Shown here piece by piece: positions 1 to 9,462 of a stretch of DNA of 32,000 nucleotides (its first letter is position 1; every line of letters begins with the position of its first letter). Below the pieces are notes generated by a model. The model had not been told where the DNA came from. It did no database searches and saw nothing but the letters and a program-made list of their open reading frames with translations. Location: NCBI RefSeq assembly GCF_000011325.1, contig NC_003450.3, positions 630,001-662,000 of the forward strand, in the 5' to 3' direction. A program made the position numbers and the translations under genes. The stretch is from Corynebacterium glutamicum ATCC 13032. GTDB lineage: Bacteria; Actinomycetota; Actinomycetes; Mycobacteriales; Mycobacteriaceae.

Positions 1-2
1 TG

Positions 3-143
3 GATGATCGATGGTGGGAGAAAAACGGCACAAAATATGCCCGCCTCCAAGTGGTGGGACGGGCAGTATCTGAAGAAAGGCAGCTCAGTGCGTGGCTGTT
101 GATGTGGAAAGACAACAAGTGGCGGATTGAGGCCACATATTAG
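3..143 (+). CDS. 3' end of an upstream gene (partial, product unknown)
   Basis: Frame +3 is open from the window edge to TAG at 141-143 (DDRWWEKNGTKYARLQVVGRAVSEERQLSAWLLMWKDNKWRIEATY*). It is too short for the ORF track. Frame +1 is also open to about 102, so the frame choice is tentative. No family call. Confidence 0.3.
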   Translation, partial: DDRWWEKNGTKYARLQVVGRAVSEERQLSAWLLMWKDNKWRIEATY

Positions 144-147
144 GAAA

Positions 148-810
148 CTACTGCGCTAAAACATCCACAACGAGACGGTGCGGATCCTGCAACTCAGTGA
201 CCGAGTAGCGGTGCTTGCCGTTGAGGCCGATGACGAACTGGGAGCGTCCCTCAAAAGTACCTGCGCTGACGACCTGGGTGACAATGCTGCCGGAGCCATC
301 CACGGTGCCGATCTCTGGATCCTCAAGGCCCAAATCGAAAGGATAAACAGTACCGTCAATATTTACGTTCAGCGCTGTATCGCCCGTGAAGTTGATGGTG
401 TTTCCGCTGCCCTGCTGGGTGGGATTGGAGGTGTAATCAATGAACCAACCAGGAGTTCCGGTGCCAGTGAGATCAAATACCACGCGGTCAAAGCCACTGT
501 GAGAGCCAATCCGAACATCGGTGACCATGAGCTGTGCAGGCGCATCAGGTCGGAGAGTCTTCATTGCTACATCGGCTTCGCCCAATGCGGTTGGGCCGGT
601 GGAAGCTTCGTTGGACAACTGTGCGCCATCCGCAGTTGCGGACATAGTTTGGGTTACAGAAGAAGCATCGTTGGTGGTGGAATTGGAGGTTCCACAACCC
701 GCAAGAGTCAACGCGCTAGCGCCGACAATCGCTAGAGTCTTCAGGCGGGCACGATGCTTTGAATGAGAAGTTGGCTGCACAATCATGCACACACCGTAAC
801 CCTGGGTCAC
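148..810 (-). CDS. Secreted lipoprotein of unknown function (beta-rich C-terminal domain, possibly AMIN-like)
   Basis: 220-aa ORF with a basic N-terminus, a hydrophobic stretch and a lipobox LTLAGC, followed by a Ser/Thr-rich linker and a beta-rich domain. Start is GTG at 810, or ATG at 786 (MIVQP...). The domain name is a guess from sequence feel. Confidence 0.7.
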   Translation of the reverse strand: MTQGYGVCMIVQPTSHSKHRARLKTLAIVGASALTLAGCGTSNSTTNDASSVTQTMSATADGAQLSNEASTGPTALGEADVAMKTLRPDAPAQLMVTDVRIGSHSGFDRVVFDLTGTGTPGWFIDYTSNPTQQGSGNTINFTGDTALNVNIDGTVYPFDLGLEDPEIGTVDGSGSIVTQVVSAGTFEGRSQFVIGLNGKHRYSVTELQDPHRLVVDVLAQ

Positions 811-948
811 CCCCGAAACCTAAGCAAGACGCCCAATTTCGCTCAATCGTGAACGAATTGTTGTAATTCGTCTTAAAAACGCCAGGAGACGTGAAAATTA
901 CAGACACCCCAGACATCAGATGGAGGCGGCGATACTAGGGTAGAGGAC

Positions 949-1812
949 ATGACTCTTCGCTGTTCTGACGTCAATGTTGAACCCCTGCCGGGAACGGCAA
1001 AAACAGGTTCTGGGTTTGTTCTCCTTGAACATGCTGGCTCGTGGAGCCGTGATGTTTTAGACGGCGGAACATTTGATCCTGAGTTGACTGATCAATTGAA
1101 GAGGCACCTGAAAGCTTCCGGAATGGGTCTGCAATTAATTAGGAAGCCGGGAAGGGAGGGTCGAAACGTCGAAAAGCATAATCTTTTTCTCGTTTTTGCT
1201 GAGGCCTCAATTATTGAGCACCTGGTGGTGGACGCGCCGGCTGATGTTTTGGATCTTGATTTAAGCGGGCCGGGCAAAAACAATGCGCAGCGCATGGATG
1301 ATCCGATGCTGCTGATTTGTACGCATTCGAAGCGCGATGTGTGCTGCGCGATCAAGGGGCGTCCGCTGGCAGCTGCCGTGGAGCCACAATTTGGGCCGCT
1401 GCATGTGTGGGAGGCTTCGCACACCAAGGGCCACCGTTTTGCGCCATCGATGCTGCTCATGCCGTGGAATTACTCTTATGGCCTACTTGATGAGGCCGAA
1501 ACCGTGCAGCTTTTCCAAGGCGCGTTGGACAACAAACTCTTCCTGCCGGGCAACCGTGGCCGAGGAACCTTAGATGCTCGTGGCCAGGTTGCAGAAATTG
1601 CCGTGGCGGAAGCTTTCGGCGAGGCGGTTGCTCCTGCGAGTTTGCAGGTTGAATTCGAAGATGATTCTGTTTTGGTTACTCATCCCGATGGGCGCACGTG
1701 GGTTGTGGAGCTTGAACGCATCGAGGTCGACGGCGTGGTGTCCTCGTGTGGTGATCAGCCGAAAACTGGAAAAGCGTGGGTGGCTAGGCAAGTTACAGAA
1801 CTGATCGGATAA
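949..1812 (+). CDS. Sucrase/ferredoxin-like (thioredoxin-like [2Fe-2S]-fold) family protein
   Basis: 287-aa ORF. The motif LLICTHSKRDVCCAIKGRP matches the CxH..RD..C pattern I associate with the sucrase/ferredoxin-like family. The stop lies 8 bp from the convergent crtEb stop. Confidence 0.7.
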   Translation: MTLRCSDVNVEPLPGTAKTGSGFVLLEHAGSWSRDVLDGGTFDPELTDQLKRHLKASGMGLQLIRKPGREGRNVEKHNLFLVFAEASIIEHLVVDAPADVLDLDLSGPGKNNAQRMDDPMLLICTHSKRDVCCAIKGRPLAAAVEPQFGPLHVWEASHTKGHRFAPSMLLMPWNYSYGLLDEAETVQLFQGALDNKLFLPGNRGRGTLDARGQVAEIAVAEAFGEAVAPASLQVEFEDDSVLVTHPDGRTWVVELERIEVDGVVSSCGDQPKTGKAWVARQVTELIG

Positions 1813-1820
1813 AAGCAGAG

Positions 1821-2684
1821 TTATATCTGATGAATTGCTATTAGCAGTATCGTTATCACAGCACCAACAAAGTAGTTCAGCCACAGGAAAACTTTCCAAC
1901 TGCGATTAGCCTGTTCACAACTGGCATCTGTAATGTTCCAAAATCGTGCGGCATTAAATACGTAAGTTAGAATCGCAATCCCGATGATCCACGCCGGATT
2001 AGGCAAAGTAGTGACTAACACAGCAGCTAGTAAATAAAGTACTACTGAAAGCCGAATGGCTCCACGCGCCCCAATTACAGTGGCAATTGAGCTCAGATTA
2101 GCTTCCCGGTCTGCATTAACATCCTGTACTGCTCCAAGGATCTGACTGGCCATGCCCCACAAGAAAAAGGATCCCAGTGCTATCCACATCGCTGCTGAAG
2201 GAGATGTTCCAGTGATCGTTGCACCGATTAATGCAGGTGAAGTGAAGTGAGTAGAAGATGTTAGAGCATCGATAAAGGGGCGTTCTTTAAAACGCAATTT
2301 CGGTGCTGAATAAGCAATCACTGCTAGCACTGAGAGTGTCAGCCATAAAGACGACATCCAGGTGCCAAATATGAAAAGAATAACTAGGAAAGGAATTGTT
2401 GAGATAGCCGAGGCCCATAACAGTGTGCTGTGGGAACTTTTCGGTAGCACGGCCCCCTCGACGCCGCCTTTGCGGGGATTACGCATATCAGATTCGTAAT
2501 CAAAAACATCGTTGATACCATACATGGCGATGTTATACGGGATAAGAAAAAATACGATGCCTAGCCAAAACAGCCAGTCAATCTCTCCTGCATTTAATAG
2601 GTAGGCCAGACCAAAGGGGTAGGCGGTATTGATCCAGCTAATGGGGCGAGATGACAATAGAATTAGTCTTATTTTTTCCATCAT
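1821..2684 (-). CDS. crtEb: Lycopene elongase (UbiA-family prenyltransferase) of C50 carotenoid synthesis
   Basis: 287-aa polytopic membrane ORF with the prenyltransferase Asp-rich motif NDVFDYESD. It is the last gene of the crt operon, 2 nt after crtYf. Confidence 0.9.
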   Translation of the reverse strand: MMEKIRLILLSSRPISWINTAYPFGLAYLLNAGEIDWLFWLGIVFFLIPYNIAMYGINDVFDYESDMRNPRKGGVEGAVLPKSSHSTLLWASAISTIPFLVILFIFGTWMSSLWLTLSVLAVIAYSAPKLRFKERPFIDALTSSTHFTSPALIGATITGTSPSAAMWIALGSFFLWGMASQILGAVQDVNADREANLSSIATVIGARGAIRLSVVLYLLAAVLVTTLPNPAWIIGIAILTYVFNAARFWNITDASCEQANRSWKVFLWLNYFVGAVITILLIAIHQI

Positions 2685-2686
2685 GA

Positions 2687-3079
2687 CTACGGCTTTTCTG
2701 GCTCAGATTGCGTGGTGGTGGATCTAGTAGTGATGCTTCCATTGGCGATGGTGGGTAAGGAATGGTGTGGACGTTTTTTCCTGCGTTTAAACATATTTCC
2801 AGGCAACCATAGGGCAGGAATCAGAAGTACTGCGAAGAGCGGATAGAAAAGATCCTCTAGGGGGATTAAACCGAGCCAAATGCCAAGGTGCTGGGTATCG
2901 CCATATCCAAAGAGATCAGCCCAAACCATGAGGTTATCAAATATGATAGTTAGGGAACATAGGGTAAGGGCACTGACAGCGGTGATTGGTAAAAGTTTAG
3001 GTGTTCCAGACTGCAGCTTTAAGACAAATAGGACCATGGCTATTGCTAAAAAAGGAATGCTTATAAAAATATAAGTCAT
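2687..3079 (-). CDS. crtYf: C50 carotenoid epsilon-cyclase subunit
   Basis: 130-aa small hydrophobic protein of the heterodimeric lycopene-cyclase-domain type. Its ATG overlaps the crtYe TGA (ATGA at 3076-3079). Confidence 0.85.
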   Translation of the reverse strand: MTYIFISIPFLAIAMVLFVLKLQSGTPKLLPITAVSALTLCSLTIIFDNLMVWADLFGYGDTQHLGIWLGLIPLEDLFYPLFAVLLIPALWLPGNMFKRRKKRPHHSLPTIANGSITTRSTTTQSEPEKP

Positions 3080-3525
3080 GGTTCAACCTCGGGAGTGGTA
3101 GTTGGTTGGAAAGTATCGCGCTGTGGTGTGAGGGGAGACTTTTTACCGGGTTTTTTAGGCAGTGGTGCTTTAAGCCATAATGCTGCTGCCGAGGTAAGGT
3201 TGAGGGTGATGTAGCAGAGGAAGAATAAGAAAAAAAGTTCTTCAATGGGCATATGGGGTGCAAGGTTAATACCGGACATAAACGCTGAGTCTCCGCGATA
3301 AAAAGTGCCAGTAATAATGCCAAATATATCCCATAAAAGAAATCCAATATATGCAGCACCTACCGAAAGAATTGCTCGTAACGGATGGCGGAAGAACGCT
3401 AGCTTCCAACGGTGGTCGCACAAAGCCATGCACCCAATGAGAACTAGGAGAGTACCTAGATAAATAAAGGCCATAAAAATATCGCTATCTTGCTCATTTT
3501 GTGAAATATCGATGATAGGGATCAA
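3076..3525 (-). CDS. crtYe: C50 carotenoid epsilon-cyclase subunit
   Basis: Small hydrophobic ORF between crtI and crtYf. The ORF-track start is TTG at 3525, 3 nt after the crtI stop. An alternative ATG at 3474 (MAFIYLG...) gives 132 aa, so the start is unresolved. Confidence 0.8.
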   Translation of the reverse strand: MIPIIDISQNEQDSDIFMAFIYLGTLLVLIGCMALCDHRWKLAFFRHPLRAILSVGAAYIGFLLWDIFGIITGTFYRGDSAFMSGINLAPHMPIEELFFLFFLCYITLNLTSAAALWLKAPLPKKPGKKSPLTPQRDTFQPTTTPEVEP

Positions 3526-3528
3526 AAT

Positions 3529-5178
3529 TTAATGATCGTATGAGGTCTTTTGAGATGGTGTCGTTTTAGGCGGCAATGGTTCGGGCAGTGGTCCTGCACT
3601 GGTATCGGCATGTAAACGCTTAATAATATTCTCGGCAGAAATTAAACACATGGGTATTCCTACACCCGGGACGGTGGTGGCACCGGAATAGAAGAGGTTA
3701 TTGACCTTGCGGGAGCTATTGCGCCCTCTTAAGAAAGCGGACTGTCTGAGGGTATGTGCTGGACCCAGCGCACTGCCTACCCATGAATGGTAGCGGTGCT
3801 CAAAATCCGCAGGGCCAATGGTGCGTTTGACCACAATTCGGTCAGTGAGGTCAGGGATGCCGGCTTGCGTAGCAATTTGATTGATTGCATGTGACGCGAT
3901 TGTTTCCACGGATGCTGAAGCCGACTGCATATACGCATCACCGTGGCCGATGCTGCTAGAGGCCTTGGTCGGAATTAAAACAAAAAGGTTTTCGTATCCA
4001 GCAGGTGCAACGCCGTCTTCGGACGTTGAAGGCTTGGAGACATAAATGGAATTTGATGCATTGTGGGGGCGGGTAAGTTGAGGCCCGTCGAAAACTACAG
4101 CAAAATCATCTGTCCAATCTTCACTGAAGAAAAGGTTGTGATGGTCGAGCTGGGGTAACTCTCCTTTTACGCCCAGGAGGATTAATACCGCTCCAATTCC
4201 AGGATTGCGATTGGACCAATATCGTTCGGGATAGGTTCGAAGTTCCCGGGGAAGCAGATTATTTTCTGTATGGTGTAGGTCGCCTGCTGAAACCACAAGA
4301 TCCGCATCTAGATTTTGCACTTTTCTGTTGTGAAGCAAGCTCACACCTGTGGCGCTTGTGTTGCCCCTCGATGAAGCAGTGTTGATGGAAATGACCTCAG
4401 AATCGAGTTGAAACTCAACCCCGTTTTCCAGCGCTAACTGATGCAGAGCGTTAACCACTGCAGTAAAACCACCTATAGGGTATTTCACTCCCTGCACCAA
4501 ATCGGTATGACTCATCAAGTGGTACATCGATGGGGTAGTAGTGGGTCGGGAAGACAGGAAGACTGCTGGATAGGTTAGGATCTGGCGCAACACCGGGCTA
4601 CTGAATTGACTATTTACGTACTTTTGTAAAGAACGGGTCAGTAGAGAAAACAGTCGGCCAGCTCGGGTCAGTACATCCCGGTGAAGCAGCGGGCCTAACG
4701 TGGAGAAATTATTATAAAGGAATCTATCAATGGCAATGTCATAGGCGTCTGCCGCGCTATCAAGATAATTTCCTAGTTTTGCACCCGCGCCGGGTTCGAT
4801 GGATTCGAATAGCGCAATTGCTTCTTCACGCCCAGTGGGGACATCGACAGCGTCATGTGTGCCAGAAAAAACTCGATAACCAGGCGTTAATTCTACCAAA
4901 TCGAGATAATCAGAAGTACATGCACCAAAAAGTGCGAAGAAATGGTCAAAGGCCTCGGGCATGAGGTACCAAGAAGGTCCGGTATCCCATCGAAAGCCAG
5001 GAAAGCCTGATATTTCAAGCGATCCAGCTCGGCCACCGACATCAGTATTTTTTTCCAAAACAGTTACTTGCCAGCCATCACGTGCTAAAAGTGCAGAAGT
5101 GGCTAAACCAGCAACACCTGCGCCTATGACTACGGCGGTACCTGAGGAGCGTGGAGTTTTAGTCGAGACCTTCATCAC
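3529..5178 (-). CDS. crtI: Phytoene desaturase (FAD-dependent)
   Basis: 549-aa ORF with an N-terminal dinucleotide-binding fold VVIGAGVAGLATSALLARDGWQVTVLEKNTDVGGR. The GTG/ATG start at 5178/5175 overlaps the crtB TGA. Confidence 0.92.
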   Translation of the reverse strand: MMKVSTKTPRSSGTAVVIGAGVAGLATSALLARDGWQVTVLEKNTDVGGRAGSLEISGFPGFRWDTGPSWYLMPEAFDHFFALFGACTSDYLDLVELTPGYRVFSGTHDAVDVPTGREEAIALFESIEPGAGAKLGNYLDSAADAYDIAIDRFLYNNFSTLGPLLHRDVLTRAGRLFSLLTRSLQKYVNSQFSSPVLRQILTYPAVFLSSRPTTTPSMYHLMSHTDLVQGVKYPIGGFTAVVNALHQLALENGVEFQLDSEVISINTASSRGNTSATGVSLLHNRKVQNLDADLVVSAGDLHHTENNLLPRELRTYPERYWSNRNPGIGAVLILLGVKGELPQLDHHNLFFSEDWTDDFAVVFDGPQLTRPHNASNSIYVSKPSTSEDGVAPAGYENLFVLIPTKASSSIGHGDAYMQSASASVETIASHAINQIATQAGIPDLTDRIVVKRTIGPADFEHRYHSWVGSALGPAHTLRQSAFLRGRNSSRKVNNLFYSGATTVPGVGIPMCLISAENIIKRLHADTSAGPLPEPLPPKTTPSQKTSYDH

Positions 5179-6089
5179 GAATTCTTTCTGTAGATGCTCA
5201 TAGATAGACCTTTCATCGTGGCTCTAGCGAGTGTAGAGAGTTTGATATGAAGTGGAACTCTGATTCGCTCCCGCAATAAATCGGCGGTAGGAGTAGCCTC
5301 AATTCGGTCAGTGAGTTTTTGAAAGAGCAAATAAGCAGAGATCACTCCGATGCGAGCCTGCACTGGTATTTCTGGAAATGCATCGTGGGCAATTGCTAGG
5401 TCTTGACGGATATCAGCGATGAGATCTTCTTTTTGTTCTTTAGTAAGAGTTCCTTGGCTGGTTTTGGGGAAATAAAATCGGCCCAAATTTTGCTGATCTT
5501 CTGCCAAGTCACGGAGAAAGTTAATTTTCTGGAATGCCGCTCCCAATGAGCGGGCTCCGTTTTGCATAATCTCTAGCCGTTTTTTGCTAATCGTTCTACC
5601 TTGGTTGAAAACGCTGAGACAAAGCAGGCCTATAACTTCCGCGGAGCCATAGACATACGTTGTGAAGCTATCTGGGTCGTGTGTATTAGCTTTGAGGTCC
5701 TTACGCATTGATGCAAAGAAGGCTATTACATGCTCTTGTTCGAAATCACAGCGTCGGGCAGTTTCACCATAAGCTTGTAAAACAAGATCTGTGTTGAAGC
5801 GTTGTTGTGGTGCTGCAAGAACCGCAATTTCATAGGCATCGAGAATCTCTTCGATTTTGGCAGTTGAGCAACCAGCGGCATGTGCAGTGCCGTCGACAAT
5901 CTCATCGGCGATACGAACTACTGCATAGAGATTTCGTATGTCATTTCGTATGCGTGGGGATAGCAACCACGTAGACAGACTGAAGCTCGTCGAATATTCT
6001 TCGATCACTTTATGTGAAGCCTTGAATGAGGCCCGATTGTAAAGTCTCAGTGCACTTTTAAGGAAGAGAGGCGAATTTTGGTGTGTCAT
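5175..6089 (-). CDS. crtB: Phytoene synthase
   Basis: Squalene/phytoene synthase Asp-rich motifs are present (ADEIVDG and RDLAED). I place the start at ATG 6089-6087 (MTHQNSP..., 304 aa) because it forms an ATGA overlap with the mmpL stop (6086-6088). The ORF-track extension to 6137 would overlap mmpL by 52 nt. Confidence 0.9.
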   Translation of the reverse strand: MTHQNSPLFLKSALRLYNRASFKASHKVIEEYSTSFSLSTWLLSPRIRNDIRNLYAVVRIADEIVDGTAHAAGCSTAKIEEILDAYEIAVLAAPQQRFNTDLVLQAYGETARRCDFEQEHVIAFFASMRKDLKANTHDPDSFTTYVYGSAEVIGLLCLSVFNQGRTISKKRLEIMQNGARSLGAAFQKINFLRDLAEDQQNLGRFYFPKTSQGTLTKEQKEDLIADIRQDLAIAHDAFPEIPVQARIGVISAYLLFQKLTDRIEATPTADLLRERIRVPLHIKLSTLARATMKGLSMSIYRKNS

Positions 6090-8287
6090 AGCTGAGGCTG
6101 CTTCTGGTATTTCTGATTGGACAATTTTGACGGCCACCAGATTTTCGGTCCGATGTCGTAGAACAAAGCAGGCACCAAGAAGGCGCGAACGAGCAGGGTA
6201 TCAATAAGAACTCCAAAAGCGACAATGAAGGCAATTTGTGCCAGGAATAGAATTGGGATGACATAGAGTGCTGCGAACGTTGCGGCGAGAACTACTCCAG
6301 CTGAGGTAATTACTCCGCCGGTTACTGTCAGGCCTCGAAGAATTCCAAGTCTTGTGCCGTGGGTTTTGGTTTCTTCACGGATTCGGGTGACTAAGAAAAT
6401 GTTGTAGTCGATGCCCAAGGCTACTAAAAATACAAATCCGTAGAGAGGTACTGCGGGGTCTGCTCCTGGGAAACTGAAAACGTGATTGAAAAGTAAAGCA
6501 GCCACGCCTAAAGCAGTAGCAAAAGACACCACGGTGGTGACTACTAGCAGGAGTGGTGCGACAATAGACCGCAGCAACAGCATGAGAATAACCAAAATGA
6601 CCAGCAATACAATTGGGATGATCAGGTTGCGGTCATGGATGGAGGCATCGTTAGTGTCTACGGAAGTTGCAGTGACACCGCCTACTACCGCTGATATATT
6701 TTCATCTGCAAAAGTTTGGCGGATACTGCGAATAGCTTTTTGAGCTTCTTCGGAATCTGGTGCTTCGACAAGTGTTGCTTGTAAAAGGACTTGCCCTTCT
6801 ACAACTACCGGGCCTGGAGCTGTACCAGAACCTAACGGCACAATACCGTCAGCGGTGATTGGGGCTGAGCCAGAGGGGGAGTCAGCACTAGTTACAGTTA
6901 CAGTCTCGAAATTGTCGTTGTTAAGGACTACGTCAGCAGCCTGTGCTGCCTGTGTTTCATCAACGATAATATAAGCAGGACTGCCGGATCCACCGGGGAA
7001 GTGTTCGCCTAAAGCCTGCTGGCCATCACGTGCTTCAGAGGAACCCAGAACTAGGTCGGATTGGGACACACCGTCCGCTTTTAGTGTGGGAACGAAAGCC
7101 GCACCCAAGAGAAGCACAATAAGTGTAGATACCCAGATTGCACGAGGATGCTGCTCCACTAAATCAGCCACTTTTGACCAGATCCCGCTGGCGGGGATGT
7201 CGTTTTTCGCACGGGCTTTTTCAGGTTCGTATTTTGGTCGCTTGGGCCAAAAGGCCACCCGACCGAATACAAACAGCAGGGCTGGTAGCAGAGTAAGAGC
7301 AGAAAGCATTGCAAAAATAATGCCCACCGAAGCTACTGGACCTAGCGTGGAGTTAGATTTCAAATCACTAAATAGCAAACAAAGGAGGCCCGCAATAACA
7401 GTGCTGCCCGAGGCAAGAATGGGTTCCACCGATGCCCGGATGGCTTTCCCTGTGGCTATCCCTTTATCTTGTTGAACGCGTAACTCTTCACGGAAACGAG
7501 CAACGTATAGCAATGAGTAGTCGGTGGCGGCGCCAATGACCAGAATGAAGAGGATGCCTTGAGTCTGACCCGAAAGCAGCAGGATGTCCCACTTAGCTAG
7601 CCACCACACCACCAATAGAGCTACAGTCAGCGCAAACAAACTGGTGGCAAGCACGGCGATGGGCAGAATGAAGGAGCGATAGACGATGACAAGAATGACA
7701 AGGACGGCAGCCAAGGCGACTGCTAGGAGTAGCCCATCAATACCCGCGAAAGCTGCGCTGAGATCAGCGGTAAACCCAGCCGGTCCGGTCACATAGGTGC
7801 TCACATAGTCCGGCGTTTGCTGGGTCAAGGTCTCAGAGAGCTTCTCGACGCTTTCCGTCAGCTCCGCTGATGGATTGAGGGGGACAAACACTTGGACAGC
7901 TCTGCCGTCCTCGGATGGAATAGCAGGGGAGACTTCATCGGAAACTATGTCTAATTCTGAAAGCCCAGCAACAACTTCATTGAGTTGTGTGATGTCTTGC
8001 TGTGTTAAGGGTTCATCGCTGACCATTACGACAATGGCTGGGATGGATTCAGAATCAGTAAAATCTCCCAACTGTTCCTGTACTTGAGTGGCATCGGCAG
8101 ATTCTGGCAGATATGTGGTCTGGCTGTTGGAGGAGACCTCACTAACCTTGCCAAAATAAGGACCGCCGACTCCAGCTCCTACAAGCCAAACTAAAATTAG
8201 CAAGGCGGGCAGAAAGATTCTCATCAAGCGAGGAGGACCAGATTTCTTCTTGTTCTCTGTTGTGATGCTAGTAGACATCAAATTCAC
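6086..8287 (-). CDS. MMPL/RND-superfamily membrane transporter embedded in the crt operon
   Basis: 733-aa ORF with two blocks of about 6 TM helices, each preceded by a large extracytoplasmic domain (typical MmpL layout). It lies between crtE and crtB on the same strand. I recall this as cg0722 of C. glutamicum. Confidence 0.88.
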   Translation of the reverse strand: MNLMSTSITTENKKKSGPPRLMRIFLPALLILVWLVGAGVGGPYFGKVSEVSSNSQTTYLPESADATQVQEQLGDFTDSESIPAIVVMVSDEPLTQQDITQLNEVVAGLSELDIVSDEVSPAIPSEDGRAVQVFVPLNPSAELTESVEKLSETLTQQTPDYVSTYVTGPAGFTADLSAAFAGIDGLLLAVALAAVLVILVIVYRSFILPIAVLATSLFALTVALLVVWWLAKWDILLLSGQTQGILFILVIGAATDYSLLYVARFREELRVQQDKGIATGKAIRASVEPILASGSTVIAGLLCLLFSDLKSNSTLGPVASVGIIFAMLSALTLLPALLFVFGRVAFWPKRPKYEPEKARAKNDIPASGIWSKVADLVEQHPRAIWVSTLIVLLLGAAFVPTLKADGVSQSDLVLGSSEARDGQQALGEHFPGGSGSPAYIIVDETQAAQAADVVLNNDNFETVTVTSADSPSGSAPITADGIVPLGSGTAPGPVVVEGQVLLQATLVEAPDSEEAQKAIRSIRQTFADENISAVVGGVTATSVDTNDASIHDRNLIIPIVLLVILVILMLLLRSIVAPLLLVVTTVVSFATALGVAALLFNHVFSFPGADPAVPLYGFVFLVALGIDYNIFLVTRIREETKTHGTRLGILRGLTVTGGVITSAGVVLAATFAALYVIPILFLAQIAFIVAFGVLIDTLLVRAFLVPALFYDIGPKIWWPSKLSNQKYQKQPQL

Positions 8288-8313
8288 TTCCGTTAAAGGC
8301 GTAAAGGTTAGTT

Positions 8314-9462
8314 CTAAGATTTGCGGCTGGCTAGTTGCTCAACTTGTTTAAGTAATAAATTTTGAGCCTTGGGATCTACCTGGGGGCTTAGTGTTTTGAT
8401 CATCGAACGGCAGATATTTAAGTGGTCGGAGATGGCATTCAAGGAGTGATTCTTTGCTCCACACTGTATGAGAAGATGTTGAATTCGCTCTGCCTGAGAG
8501 GTGCTCAGATCTGCGGAGCCGAAGTTGTCTTGAATATCAGTCCATTTAGCAGTATCTCGAGCGAAGGCGATAATTGTAGTTTCTTTTCCTTCTCGAAGGT
8601 CAGAAAAGGCATCTTTGCCGTGTTCGGCTGCGTCACCAAAAGTAGATAAGTAATCGTCCTGCAATTGATAAGCGATGCCCAAGTTTGTGCCTATCTCACC
8701 TATCTTTGTTTCAATCTCCTGAGGTAGTTCCGCGAGAATTGCCGCTGCTCTCATTGGAAGTTCAAAAGTGTATGTGGCTGTTTTTAGCCGACTCATTTCT
8801 AGAGCAATGTCCATATTGGGGCTGATGGCTTTGCTGCTTAATCCCACATCAAGAAACTCACCCACAATAGTGTCATTTATCGTGTGGTTGAGTAAATCTA
8901 AAAGTCGAACCCGTTGGTGATGTGGAAGGTCAAGGCGCGCGAAGATTTGATGGGTGGCAGCAAGAAAAAGATTTCCCATAAGCAGTCCATTAGATTGTGC
9001 CCAATCTAGATGCTCTGGATCGCGCTGGATTTGTGCAAAACTTTCAGGTGTGCGATGCATGAGAATCTGCCCAATAAAATTAAGTTTGCCTCGGCGATAG
9101 AGGTCTCCGTCAATAACATCGTCATGAACCAAAAGGGAAAAATGCAGTAGTTCTAAAGCCACTGCTACCTGTAAAACGGTGTTGAGTTTGACCTCAATGT
9201 CATCGTCTACAAGCGTGTTGTATAGCCCCAGTAGCATTCGAGGGCGGATTAACTTGCCACCTCGCAAAGCTTGGAAAGCAGCATCTAGGCAGGTACGGAA
9301 CTCTGGTTGATATGTGCTGCACTGTTGAGATAGCGAAGCGCAGATGCGGTTTAGTTCCCGATAAATCTCATCATTGAAATCAAGATCAGGATGAGTTGAA
9401 TGTTCTGTGGTGATTGTCATGCCATTGTCCATTCGAGTATCACACGGCCAGTTATCTCGCAA
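8314..9462 (-). CDS. crtE: Geranylgeranyl diphosphate synthase (polyprenyl synthetase)
   Basis: The first and second Asp-rich motifs of trans-prenyltransferases are present (LLVHDDVIDGD and YQLQDDYLS). The ORF-track start is TTG at 9462. In-frame ATGs at 9432 and 9420 are equally possible. Confidence 0.9.
   Translation of the reverse strand: MRDNWPCDTRMDNGMTITTEHSTHPDLDFNDEIYRELNRICASLSQQCSTYQPEFRTCLDAAFQALRGGKLIRPRMLLGLYNTLVDDDIEVKLNTVLQVAVALELLHFSLLVHDDVIDGDLYRRGKLNFIGQILMHRTPESFAQIQRDPEHLDWAQSNGLLMGNLFLAATHQIFARLDLPHHQRVRLLDLLNHTINDTIVGEFLDVGLSSKAISPNMDIALEMSRLKTATYTFELPMRAAAILAELPQEIETKIGEIGTNLGIAYQLQDDYLSTFGDAAEHGKDAFSDLREGKETTIIAFARDTAKWTDIQDNFGSADLSTSQAERIQHLLIQCGAKNHSLNAISDHLNICRSMIKTLSPQVDPKAQNLLLKQVEQLASRKS

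Noticed and set aside
6090-6137. 16-codon N-terminal extension of crtB in the ORF track
   Set aside because: It would overlap the mmpL 3' end by 52 nt. The ATG at 6089 forms a classic ATGA coupling with the mmpL stop.
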